Below are positions 55,849 to 64,000 of a stretch of 64,000 nucleotides of DNA, piece by piece (the stretch's first letter is position 1; every line of letters starts with the position of its first letter). Origin of the DNA: an uncultured Acidimicrobiales bacterium (lineage in GTDB: Bacteria; Actinomycetota; Acidimicrobiia; Acidimicrobiales; SHLQ01). Below the pieces are notes generated by a model. It saw only the letters and a program-made list of their open reading frames with translations. It ran no database searches and had not been told where the DNA came from. The translations under genes were made by a program, and so were the position numbers. The DNA lies in contig CAYMJU010000033.1 of the NCBI GenBank assembly GCA_964390555.1, positions 3,330 to 67,329 on the forward strand, read 5' to 3'.

Positions 55849-55924
55849 CCCGGCAGCCTACGTGCGACCCGCGGTCTTGGAACTGGTGGGTAGCGGGTCA
55901 GCGCGCCGCCGTAGAGTCGACGCT

Positions 55925-57103
55925 GTGATCGTCCAGGTCGAAACCCGCCGGCCCGGCGACGAGGAGCAGCGGCTGGCGCTCGGCCGGGAGGTCTTCGGCA
56001 ACCGGTCCTACGACCCTCCCCCGCCGCTTCATCCCGCCGCGGCTGACCTGTGCGTCTACGACGGCGCCGAGCTGGTCGCGGGAGCGGCCTGTATCTCGAT
56101 GGGTCAGTACTTCGGCGGCGTTCGCGTCGCCATGGGCGGTCTGGCGTCGGTGGCGGTGCGCCCCGACCGGCGGGGCTCTGGTGTGGCGAAGCGACTTGTC
56201 CGGGCGTCGCTGGAAGCAATGGCCGAGCGGGGCGAGGTCATCTCGATGCTGTACCCGACCACCGCCCAGCTCTACCGTCACCTCGGCTACGAGATCGCCG
56301 GTGGGCACGGTGAGTCGGCGATCCCGATCGATCGATTGCCGAGCGCCACCAAGATGTCGCAGCCAGAGATCGTCGATCCCGGCGATGTCGCGCTCGAACG
56401 TCGGCTCTACACCGAGGTGGCGCCACACGGGCACGGGTGGATCGACCGATCCGACTCGCTGTGGGAACGCACCACGTGGTTCGTGGCCCATCAACAGACC
56501 GCTCGCGTCTACGCCGGGCGCCGCGACGGCCGCATCGTGTGGACGGTGCGGTACAGCCAGACCACACCGTCGGGCTCTGATCGGTGGTACGACATCGAAG
56601 TGGATGACCTCGTCGCGCTCGACCGGAGCGCCCTCGTCGATGCCTTGGCCTTTCTCGGAGCAAATGGAACCGTCGCCGGCCGCATCGTCACGACTGCCGC
56701 TCCAATGGCCATCGCCCAGGCGCTCGATCACGCGCCGGCCCTCAATCCGGTGTCGTGGCACCCGTGGATGCTGCGGATCGTCGATGTGGCAGGAGCGATG
56801 CAGGCTCGCCGACCGTTGGGCTACGAGACGGCTCGGGTCGAGCTGAGCGTGCACGACGACGTGTTGGTGGCCAATTCCCGGCGATGGGTGGTCGAGCTCG
56901 CGGACGGCATCGTCACGGTCGAGCCCGGCGGTTCCGGTACCGTCGAGCTCACGGTCGGCACGCTCGCATCCCTGTACACCGGGTGGCTCGATCCCCGGCG
57001 AGCGGCTATCGACGATCAGCTCATAGGTGCCGGTCCGGGCGACCTCGAGGCGCTGCGCCGGTTGTTCACCGCGCCGGCACCGTGGTGCCCCGACTTCTTC
57101 TGA
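55925..57103 (+). CDS. eis: Eis-family GNAT acetyltransferase with C-terminal SCP2-like domain
   Basis: GGLASVAVRPDRRGSG, LYPTTAQLYRHLGYE, WMLRIVDV, LASLYTG. GTG 7 nt after TAGAGT. Confidence 0.85.
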   Translation: MIVQVETRRPGDEEQRLALGREVFGNRSYDPPPPLHPAAADLCVYDGAELVAGAACISMGQYFGGVRVAMGGLASVAVRPDRRGSGVAKRLVRASLEAMAERGEVISMLYPTTAQLYRHLGYEIAGGHGESAIPIDRLPSATKMSQPEIVDPGDVALERRLYTEVAPHGHGWIDRSDSLWERTTWFVAHQQTARVYAGRRDGRIVWTVRYSQTTPSGSDRWYDIEVDDLVALDRSALVDALAFLGANGTVAGRIVTTAAPMAIAQALDHAPALNPVSWHPWMLRIVDVAGAMQARRPLGYETARVELSVHDDVLVANSRRWVVELADGIVTVEPGGSGTVELTVGTLASLYTGWLDPRRAAIDDQLIGAGPGDLEALRRLFTAPAPWCPDFF

Positions 57104-57126
57104 GCCCGTCCAGTACCCTTTCTCGT

Positions 57127-58158
57127 GTGGCCGTCGAGAAGGTGTTGCTGGCGTCGCCGCGCGGATTCTGCGCCGGGGTCGAAATGGCGATCAAGGCGTT
57201 GGCGTGGATGGTCCGAGCGTTCGAGCCGCCGGTGTACTGCTACCACGAGATCGTGCACAACCGGCTAGTGGTCAAGCGGTTCGAGGACCTGGGCGTCGTG
57301 TTCGTCGACGACATCGCCGAGGTACCGCCGGGCGCTCCCGTGATGCTGTCGGCGCACGGTTCGGCTCCTCAGGTCGTCGCCGACGCACATGCGCAGGGCG
57401 GGTACGTCGTCGATGCCGTCTGTCCATTGGTCACCAAGGTGCACCACGAGGTGAAGGTCCGAGCGCGGAAGGGCTACCGGGTCGTCTACGTGGGCCACGA
57501 GGGTCACGAGGAAGCGGTCGGCACGATCGCGGTGGCGCCCGAGTCGATCTCGCGAGTCGAGACTCCTGCCGATGTCGCCGCGCTCCCCGACTTCGACCAA
57601 CCCGTGGCGCTGCTGGCCCAGACGACGCTCAGCCACCTCGATTGGCGGAGTGTGCTCGACGCCACCCGCGAACGCTACGTCGACATGTGGATGCCGGGAC
57701 GAAGTGACCTGTGCTTCGCCACGACCAACCGGCAAGAGGCGCTGATGGCGATGGCGCCGCGATGCGACGCGGTTGTCGTGATCGGGTCGGCCAACTCCTC
57801 GAACACCAACGCCCTGGCCAAGATCGCCCGCGAGTCGGGCTGTGCCCGCGTCTACCGTGTGAACACCGCCGCCGAGCTCCCCGACGACCTGTCGGGCGTG
57901 GTCGGACTCACCGCCGGGGCGTCGGCACCCGAGGAGCTGGTCGAGGCCGTCATCGCCCGATTGGCCCCGCAAGACGGCGTCGAGGAGGTGCGCGTCAGCG
58001 ACGAGGACGAGTACTTTCCGCCACCCCGCAACCTTCGAGACCTGCTCGCCGTGATCGATGCCGCGGCGACGTTCGGGCTCGGTGGGCCGGTCGCCGATCG
58101 CTTCCCGGTCGACGATCGCTCCCTCGACGCCAGCGAGGTCCTCGCCCAGCTGGGGTAG
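57127..58158 (+). CDS. ispH: 4-hydroxy-3-methylbut-2-enyl diphosphate reductase
   Basis: PRGFCAGV, EIVHN, SAHG, DAVCPLV.KVH, GHEE, QTTL, CFATTNRQ, SANSSN, TAGASAPE. Confidence 0.97.
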   Translation: MAVEKVLLASPRGFCAGVEMAIKALAWMVRAFEPPVYCYHEIVHNRLVVKRFEDLGVVFVDDIAEVPPGAPVMLSAHGSAPQVVADAHAQGGYVVDAVCPLVTKVHHEVKVRARKGYRVVYVGHEGHEEAVGTIAVAPESISRVETPADVAALPDFDQPVALLAQTTLSHLDWRSVLDATRERYVDMWMPGRSDLCFATTNRQEALMAMAPRCDAVVVIGSANSSNTNALAKIARESGCARVYRVNTAAELPDDLSGVVGLTAGASAPEELVEAVIARLAPQDGVEEVRVSDEDEYFPPPRNLRDLLAVIDAAATFGLGGPVADRFPVDDRSLDASEVLAQLG

Positions 58159-58169
58159 AGGTCCAGCGT

Positions 58170-58880
58170 TCAGCCCGCCAGGATCTGCGCTTCGTCGAAC
58201 AGGGTCTGGAGGCGTTGGCGGAGCTGTTCGGAGTGGTCGCGCACCGCCCGGCGCGGCACGCGACCATTGACGAGCGCCGGCGGTTCGAGGGGTTCGCCGA
58301 TCACGAAGGCGATCTTGCGCGGATACACGAACTTCGAGCCCTTCGGCATGATGCGCTCGGTGCCGCCGATTCCGACGGGGACGATCGGGACCTGAGCCCG
58401 GCCCGAGACGAACGACGCGCCCTCGTGCATGTCGTCGGACTTGACGATCGGTCCCGACCGGCGCGTGCCCTCCGGGAACATGACCAGCGGCTCACCGCGG
58501 GCGAGCACAGCCTGCGCAGCGCGAAGAGCCGCCCGGTCGGCGGTGCCCCGCTCCACGGGGAACCCCCCGATTGACGTCAGGAACCACCCGCCGGCACGCG
58601 TCTTCCACAGGCTCTCCTTGCCCATGAACCGCATGGTTCGGGTCGTGAGGATCGAGGCCAGCGGCGTGTCGGCGTTGGACCGATGAACCGGCGACAAGAT
58701 GAAGGGTCGACCGGTCGGAATGTTCTCGCGGCCGACGATCTTGGCCCGCAACCAGGTCCGGGCGAGCACCAGCACGGCGAAGCGCAAGAACCGGTAGGTC
58801 ATCCGCTGCGGCACGCTCATGCGCCCCGCCAGATCGGCACCACCCGACGGATCGTTGTCGTCATCCACGTCAGCGCTCAT
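58170..58880 (-). CDS. plsC: 1-acyl-sn-glycerol-3-phosphate acyltransferase (PlsC family)
   Basis: HRSNAD (HxxxxD), FMGKESL, FPVER, FPEGTR. Confidence 0.9.
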   Translation of the reverse strand: MSADVDDDNDPSGGADLAGRMSVPQRMTYRFLRFAVLVLARTWLRAKIVGRENIPTGRPFILSPVHRSNADTPLASILTTRTMRFMGKESLWKTRAGGWFLTSIGGFPVERGTADRAALRAAQAVLARGEPLVMFPEGTRRSGPIVKSDDMHEGASFVSGRAQVPIVPVGIGGTERIMPKGSKFVYPRKIAFVIGEPLEPPALVNGRVPRRAVRDHSEQLRQRLQTLFDEAQILAG

Positions 58881-60867
58881 CGAGCAACTCCACCACACGA
58901 TCGACCACTTGGTCGATGTCGAGATCGGACGTGTCGAGCACGACCACGTCGGGGGCGAGATCGTGTTCGGTCAGCAAGGGGCTGGTGGCCCGGTTCGAAT
59001 CGGCGGTGTCGCGTCGGTCGAGATCGGCGGCGACCGCGTCGATGTCGGCACGTGACACCTCGCGGGCGCGCCGGATGGCGCGGATCTCCGGTCGAGCGGT
59101 CAGGTAGAGCTTGAGGACGGCATCGGGAAACACCACCGACCCGATGTCGCGACCTTCGACCACTCCTCCCCCACGTTCGGCGACCCAAGCCCGTTGGCGG
59201 GCGACCAGCTCGGCTCGCACCGCGGGGTTGGCGGCGACGGTGCTCACCGCCACGGTGACCTCGGGCCCCCTGATGGCCTCGGTGGCGTCGAGGCCATCGA
59301 CGGTGACGGTCGGCCGGCCGACGTGGATGTCGATGCGGCGGGCCAGCGCGGCCACGGCGTCGCGGTCGGCGGGGTCGACGCCGTGGTGCAGCGCCGCGAA
59401 CGCCACCGCCCGGTACATGGCGCCGGTGTCGAGGTACTCGAGCCCAACGCGGTCGGCCACGACTTGGGCCGCCGTCGACTTGCCCGACCCGGCCGGGCCG
59501 TCGATGGCAAGCACCCGATCCGGTGCCGGCACGCGAAGCGTGTCGAGGGTCGCGAAGTAGGCGGGGAAGGTCTTCGCGACGCACCCCGGATCGGCGATCG
59601 CCACGCCCCGCACTCGCAAACCGATGAGCGCCAGCGCCATAGCGATGCGGTGGTCGTCGTAGGTGGCGAACATCGTCGGCTCGGGAGTTCCGGGGTCGAT
59701 GGTGAGCCCGTCGGGGTCGATGGTCGCAGCGATCCCGGCTCGTCCGAGCTCGGTGACCATGGCGCCGACCCGGTCGGACTCCTTGGTGGTGCGGATGAAG
59801 CCGACGCCGGTGATCGACGTCGGGCCCTCGGCGAACGGTGCGACGGCTCCCAAGGTCGGCACGAGGTCGGACATGGCGCCGAGGTCGACGGTGATGCCCC
59901 GGAGGTGGGGCGTGCCGACGACGGTGAGGCCCTCGGTGTGATCAGCGACGCGGCACCCCATCGCTTCGAGCACCTCGACGAAACGGGTGTCGCCCTGAGC
60001 CGACTGGCGGTCGAGACCGCGCACCGTCACCCGGCCACCGGTGACCGCCGCCGCGGCGAAGAAGTAACTCGCCGCCGAGGCATCGGGTTCGACGTCGTAG
60101 CGGCGGGCCGAATATCCGCCCGGCTCGATCACGAACCGTCGAGGGCACCCCCGAGGGTCTTCTTCGACGGCGATGGTTGCTCCGAAGTCGCGCATCACCG
60201 CCACCGTGAGATCGAGGTACGGCACCGACACCGGCTCGCCGGCGAGCTCGACGATCAACCCATACGGCAGCGCCGGACCGGCGAGCAGGAGACCCGAGGC
60301 GAACTGGCTCGACGTATCCGCGGCGATGGTCACGGTCCGACGCCCGCCTGAGTCCGTGGGCCCATCGACCTCGACGGTGACCGGCAGACCCCCGCCGACA
60401 GCGGCGTCGACTACCGTGACGCCGAGATCTCCCAATGCGGTGATCAGCTCGGCGAAGGGGCGGCGCCTCAGCTGGTCGTGGCCGTCGATCGTGTACCGCC
60501 CGGCGCCGAGGATGGTCGCACCGAGGAGGAATCGGGCGGTGGTCCCCGATTGGCGGGCATCGAGCGAGCGGGGACCGTGCACCCAGCGCCCGCCGGTTCC
60601 GTAGACGGTGATCGTCTGGCTGTCGGGAGCGACCGTGACGCGAGCGCCGAGCACCTCGAGGCAACCGATCATCGCCTCTGTGTCGTCGGCGACCAGGGCT
60701 CCGTGAAGTACCGATGACCCGTTGGCGAGCGCCGCCGCCACGAGCGCCCGGTTGGTGATGCTCTTCGAACCAGGAACATCGACGACTGCTCTCGGCGCAC
60801 GCGCCAGCGGTTCGATGACCAGCGGGTCGGGGAGCTCGGGGTGCGCGGGCACGGCGGCAGATGTCAT
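58870..60867 (-). CDS. aroA: Fused EPSP synthase-cytidylate kinase
   Basis: PGSKSITNRAL, SSQFASGLL, ESDR, DDHRIAM, VAKTFP; then in frame AIDGPAGSGKST, LDTGAMYR, VEGRDIG, RRD..DS.R (Cmk). Confidence 0.95.
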   Translation of the reverse strand: MTSAAVPAHPELPDPLVIEPLARAPRAVVDVPGSKSITNRALVAAALANGSSVLHGALVADDTEAMIGCLEVLGARVTVAPDSQTITVYGTGGRWVHGPRSLDARQSGTTARFLLGATILGAGRYTIDGHDQLRRRPFAELITALGDLGVTVVDAAVGGGLPVTVEVDGPTDSGGRRTVTIAADTSSQFASGLLLAGPALPYGLIVELAGEPVSVPYLDLTVAVMRDFGATIAVEEDPRGCPRRFVIEPGGYSARRYDVEPDASAASYFFAAAAVTGGRVTVRGLDRQSAQGDTRFVEVLEAMGCRVADHTEGLTVVGTPHLRGITVDLGAMSDLVPTLGAVAPFAEGPTSITGVGFIRTTKESDRVGAMVTELGRAGIAATIDPDGLTIDPGTPEPTMFATYDDHRIAMALALIGLRVRGVAIADPGCVAKTFPAYFATLDTLRVPAPDRVLAIDGPAGSGKSTAAQVVADRVGLEYLDTGAMYRAVAFAALHHGVDPADRDAVAALARRIDIHVGRPTVTVDGLDATEAIRGPEVTVAVSTVAANPAVRAELVARQRAWVAERGGGVVEGRDIGSVVFPDAVLKLYLTARPEIRAIRRAREVSRADIDAVAADLDRRDTADSNRATSPLLTEHDLAPDVVVLDTSDLDIDQVVDRVVELLDER

Positions 60868-61928
60868 TCGAGCGGTTGCGACGAGGGCCGGTAGCCGTTG
60901 GCCATGAGGCCGCCGATGAGGCGCTCGGCCCGGGCGGCGTCGACCACCAGCGTGATGACCCCGCGCTGGCCCTCCGACGAGTGGGCGATCTCCAGGTCGT
61001 AGATGTTGGCGTCGAGCTCGGCCGCGAGCGATGCGACGGCGGCGATCTCGCCTTTCCGGTCGAGCACCGGAACCCGCACCTCGGCGAGGTTCTCCGGGCG
61101 GGGTGCGCCCGAAGGCAGGTTCATGCGGGCCCGCCGGGCTTGAGTGAGGTTGGCGAGCAGACCGGCCCGATCGCCGCCGGCGACCTGGCTGCGGACCTCG
61201 CCGAGGGCGCCGATCAAGGCATCGAGTGTGTCGACCACGGCGGTCTGATTGGCAGCACAGATGTCGGGCCAGATCCCCGGATGGCCCGCCGCGATGCGGG
61301 TCATGTCACGGAACCCGCCGGCGGCCAGCCGCAGCAGCGCCGCGTGCTCGGCCGCGCGGTCGTCGGCCAGGCGCATGAGCGTGACGGCGGTGAGGTGCGG
61401 GACATGCGAGACCATAGCGACCATCCGGTCGTGCTGGTCGGGGGCCAAGGCCACCACGTCGGCTCCGAGCGAGGCCACGACGTCTCGCACCGTGGCGAAC
61501 GCGGCGTCGCTCGTCGCCGCGGTCGGCGTGAGGACCCACACCGCACCGGAGAACATGTCGGGCCGGGCTCCGGACAGGCCGTCCTGCTCCGAGCCGGCCA
61601 TCGGGTGACCGGGGACGAACCGGGGATCCTCGACGGCGGCGGCGATGCTGGCCTTGACGCTGCCCACGTCGGTCACCAGTCCATCGGTCTCGTCGAGGGC
61701 CCGGCGGACTGCTTCGGCAACGTGACCGACGGGCGTGGCGACGATCGTGAGGTCAGCTCGGCGGTCGAGCTCGCCGGCGGCGTCGATGACTCCCAGCTCG
61801 ATGGCCCTGTCCTCGACGCCTGCCGCGCTGTCGACGCCCACGACCTGCCAGCCGCGCTCGCGCAGCCCCGCCGCGATCGATCCACCGATCAGGCCGAGGC
61901 CGATGACGTTGGCGCGACGTTGGCTCAT
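60864..61928 (-). CDS. tyrA: Prephenate dehydrogenase with C-terminal ACT domain
   Basis: GLGLIGGS, DVGSVK, GHPMAGSE, HDRMVA.VSHVPH, GGFRDMTRIA; ACT (VLDRKGEIA). ATG at 61928. Confidence 0.92.
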   Translation of the reverse strand: MSQRRANVIGLGLIGGSIAAGLRERGWQVVGVDSAAGVEDRAIELGVIDAAGELDRRADLTIVATPVGHVAEAVRRALDETDGLVTDVGSVKASIAAAVEDPRFVPGHPMAGSEQDGLSGARPDMFSGAVWVLTPTAATSDAAFATVRDVVASLGADVVALAPDQHDRMVAMVSHVPHLTAVTLMRLADDRAAEHAALLRLAAGGFRDMTRIAAGHPGIWPDICAANQTAVVDTLDALIGALGEVRSQVAGGDRAGLLANLTQARRARMNLPSGAPRPENLAEVRVPVLDRKGEIAAVASLAAELDANIYDLEIAHSSEGQRGVITLVVDAARAERLIGGLMANGYRPSSQPLE

Positions 61929-61953
61929 CGGTCCGCCGGCGCTGAAACAGGGC

Positions 61954-62391
61954 TCATTGCGGGAGCGAGGTCGGCAGCGTCGCGGCGCGGTGGAGGAACA
62001 CATGGCGCAGCTCCGAGCGGGCACGGTCGGTCTGGAGGTGGGCCATGACTCGAACGCACATGGCCAGCGAGCCCGGAACCGGGATCTCCAACGAGCACAT
62101 GAGCGGCACGTCGGTGAGACCGAACCGCCGGGCCGCCTCGGCGGGGAACATCGACGATATGTCGCCGGTGACCGTGAAAAGCACCGACACCCAATCGTCG
62201 TGGGCAACATCGTTACGTGAGGCCATCTCGGTCAGCAACTCGACGACGCGTTCGGTCAGTTGCTCGCGATCGTCGGCCTCGACGGTGGTCGCGCCTCGCA
62301 ACGCTCGAACTGTCCTGGGCACCTGCGGATCGTACCGGCGTAGGTCGCCCGACCATCCGATGTTCAGCGGGTCGGGTGAGGCCGTGGTCAT
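61954..62391 (-). CDS. aroH: Chorismate mutase, AroH class
   Basis: VRALRGATT, SVLFTVT.DI.S.FPAEAAR, VPL.C..EI.V.GSL..CVRV, RHVFL. Alternative GTG start at 62322; the C-terminus may be frameshifted (see findings). Confidence 0.9.
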   Translation of the reverse strand: MTTASPDPLNIGWSGDLRRYDPQVPRTVRALRGATTVEADDREQLTERVVELLTEMASRNDVAHDDWVSVLFTVTGDISSMFPAEAARRFGLTDVPLMCSLEIPVPGSLAMCVRVMAHLQTDRARSELRHVFLHRAATLPTSLPQ

Positions 62392-62426
62392 GCGGGAAGC
62401 TATTTGGAGCGCACGGCGGTCTGGTC

Positions 62427-63155
62427 CTAATCCCCGATGGCGAAGGCGGCACGCTCGAGCTCGCGGACCTCGACGCGGGTCAGCTCACGCCAGTGGCCGG
62501 GGCGCAGGCGGTGGTCCCGGACCGGGCCAATCCGCGTGCGGACGAGTCGCGTTACCGGATGGCCCACCGCGTCGCACATCCGGCGCACTTGACGGTTGCG
62601 GCCTTCATGGATCACGAGCCGGATGACATCGACCGCCAGCAACGAGGCCTTGGCGGGCGCGGTGAGCCCGTCCTCGAGTTCAACCCCCTCGCGGAGCCGA
62701 CGCAGTGCGGCCCGTGACGGCCGGCCCTCGACCTGGACCATGTACTCCTTGTCGACCCCGAACGACGGATGGGTCAGGCGATGGGTCAGCTCACCGTCGT
62801 TGGTGAGCAGGATCAGGCCTTCGGTGTCGACATCGAGACGACCCACCGGGTACACCCGACGATCGTCAGGCACGAGCGAGACCACCGTCGGCCGACCCTG
62901 CGGGTCCGACGCCGTGCTGACCACTCCGACTGGCTTGTTCAGCAGGTAGTACACCGAGTCCGGTCTCGTGCCCACGACGATGCCATCGACCTCGATGCGG
63001 TCGGCATCGGGATCGACCCGCCGACCCAGATCGGCGACGACGCCGTTCACGGTCACCCGTTCGTCACGGATCAGTTCCTCGCTGATCCTCCGGCTCCCGA
63101 AACCGGCCTGTGCGAGCACCTTCTGCAGACGCTCACCGTCGGGCTCGTCGGTCAC
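62427..63155 (-). CDS. rluB: 23S rRNA pseudouridine synthase with S4 domain (RluB/RsuA family)
   Basis: ERLQKVLAQAG.GSRR..E, LLNKPVG, VGRLDVDTEGL.LLTNDG, EGRNRQVRRM. Confidence 0.93.
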   Translation of the reverse strand: MTDEPDGERLQKVLAQAGFGSRRISEELIRDERVTVNGVVADLGRRVDPDADRIEVDGIVVGTRPDSVYYLLNKPVGVVSTASDPQGRPTVVSLVPDDRRVYPVGRLDVDTEGLILLTNDGELTHRLTHPSFGVDKEYMVQVEGRPSRAALRRLREGVELEDGLTAPAKASLLAVDVIRLVIHEGRNRQVRRMCDAVGHPVTRLVRTRIGPVRDHRLRPGHWRELTRVEVRELERAAFAIGD

Positions 63156-63817
63156 TCGCGGTCCGACTCGAGGCTCTCAGCGGTCGCCGCGAGGTCGATC
63201 TCGGGCGGCGGGCTGGCGACGATGTCGTCGTCGGAGACCCGCAGGCCCCGCTCGAGGGCCTCGAGAATGTCGGCCTCGGGCACGAACCCGCCGAGCGGCG
63301 GAAGGTCCTGAACGCGATCGAGCCCCAGCTTCTGGAGGAACAACCGGGTCGTGCCGAACATGACGGCGTTGCCCGGCCCAGGGTCTCGCGACACCTCGTC
63401 GATGTAGCCGCGATGCTGGAGGGTTCGCACGACCGCATCGACGTTGACGCCCCGGATCGCCGCGACCTGAGCCCGGCTGATCGGCTGCTTGTACGCCACG
63501 ATCGCCAGAGTCTCGAGAGCGGCACCGGACAGCCTGCTCGACTGACCGTCGAGCACGAAGCGCTCCACGTAGGCGGCCATGTCGGGATGGCTCTGGAAGC
63601 GGTATCCCCCCGCCACCCGGACCAGCTGGAACCCTCGCCCAGCCATTTCGAGCTCGGCGGCGAGGGCGCGGCAGGCCTCGTCGACCTCGGACACGCCCAC
63701 CTCGACCAGCTGGGCTAGCAGATGGGGATCGACGGGATCCTCGGCGACCATGATGATCGCCTCGATGGCCCGGCGGGTCTCGGTGGAGAGCGAGCTCACA
63801 GCTGGTCGATCCTTCAT
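63152..63817 (-). CDS. scpB: Segregation and condensation protein B
   Basis: AIEAII, LSGAALETLAIVAYKQPISRAQ...IRGVN, FGTT..FL..LGL; ATG overlaps the scpA stop. Confidence 0.95.
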   Translation of the reverse strand: MKDRPAVSSLSTETRRAIEAIIMVAEDPVDPHLLAQLVEVGVSEVDEACRALAAELEMAGRGFQLVRVAGGYRFQSHPDMAAYVERFVLDGQSSRLSGAALETLAIVAYKQPISRAQVAAIRGVNVDAVVRTLQHRGYIDEVSRDPGPGNAVMFGTTRLFLQKLGLDRVQDLPPLGGFVPEADILEALERGLRVSDDDIVASPPPEIDLAATAESLESDRE

Positions 63818-64000
63818 CCCTCGTAGGAGTCGGTCTCGTGGTCCGCCGCCGACGAGTCGCCGCCGAGCCACCGGATCTCGATGTCGCCGAACCGTTCGGT
63901 TTGGGTCACGTCGATGAGCCCCTGCTTGAACAGCTCGAGCACGGCGAGGAACCGCACCACGACCTCGATCCGTTCGGCCAAGCCCTCGGTCAGGCGCCGG
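63814..64000 (-). CDS. scpA: 3' end of segregation and condensation protein A (partial)
   Basis: Manual translation RRLTEGLAERIEVVVRFLAVLELFKQGLIDVTQTERFGDIEIRW...; ATGA overlap with scpB. Confidence 0.88.
   Translation of the reverse strand, partial: RRLTEGLAERIEVVVRFLAVLELFKQGLIDVTQTERFGDIEIRWLGGDSSAADHETDSYEG

Overview
High-GC (actinobacterial, most consistent with class Acidimicrobiia) chromosomal segment. It is mostly core or semi-core genes, with no transposase, integrase, prophage, rRNA or CRISPR array visible. In order: a rearranged pafB-pafC...tatB-tatC-helY locus (lepB, a GDPD and two microproteins inserted, no adjacent pafA); a degenerate DAG-kinase-like gene, M20 amidohydrolase and tandem-domain thyX; a DUF4193/GNAT/NUDIX operon; a low-complexity hypothetical; a large secreted beta-helix protein; SDRs; a steroid/lipid catabolic group (OB-fold, thiolase-like, echA20-like, echA19-like, fadE26/27-like); a tandem glycine riboswitch with gcvP; two paralogous acidic lipoproteins; mtr, aroC, M15 peptidase; a pgsA2-gcvH-garA-merR-hpt-DUF151-merR-nuclease-fold-gcvT cluster; HIT, SRAP, tRNA-Pro(GGG); a second secreted protein with the same C-terminal triple module; DAGK, PP2C, der, DUF512 radical SAM, eis, ispH; and a scpA-scpB-rluB-aroH-tyrA-aroA/cmk-plsC operon. 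The most unusual signals are: (i) intergenic palindromes built on GC-GNA-GC mini-hairpins, with a related 30-bp unit expanded in frame inside the thiolase-like gene; (ii) a shared ~120-aa x3 C-terminal module on unrelated secreted proteins; (iii) a small PD-(D/E)xK-like protein plus hpt embedded in the garA cluster; (iv) an Arg/Gly/Pro/Asp-rich disordered hypothetical. All family calls come from motif recognition by eye; no database searches were run.
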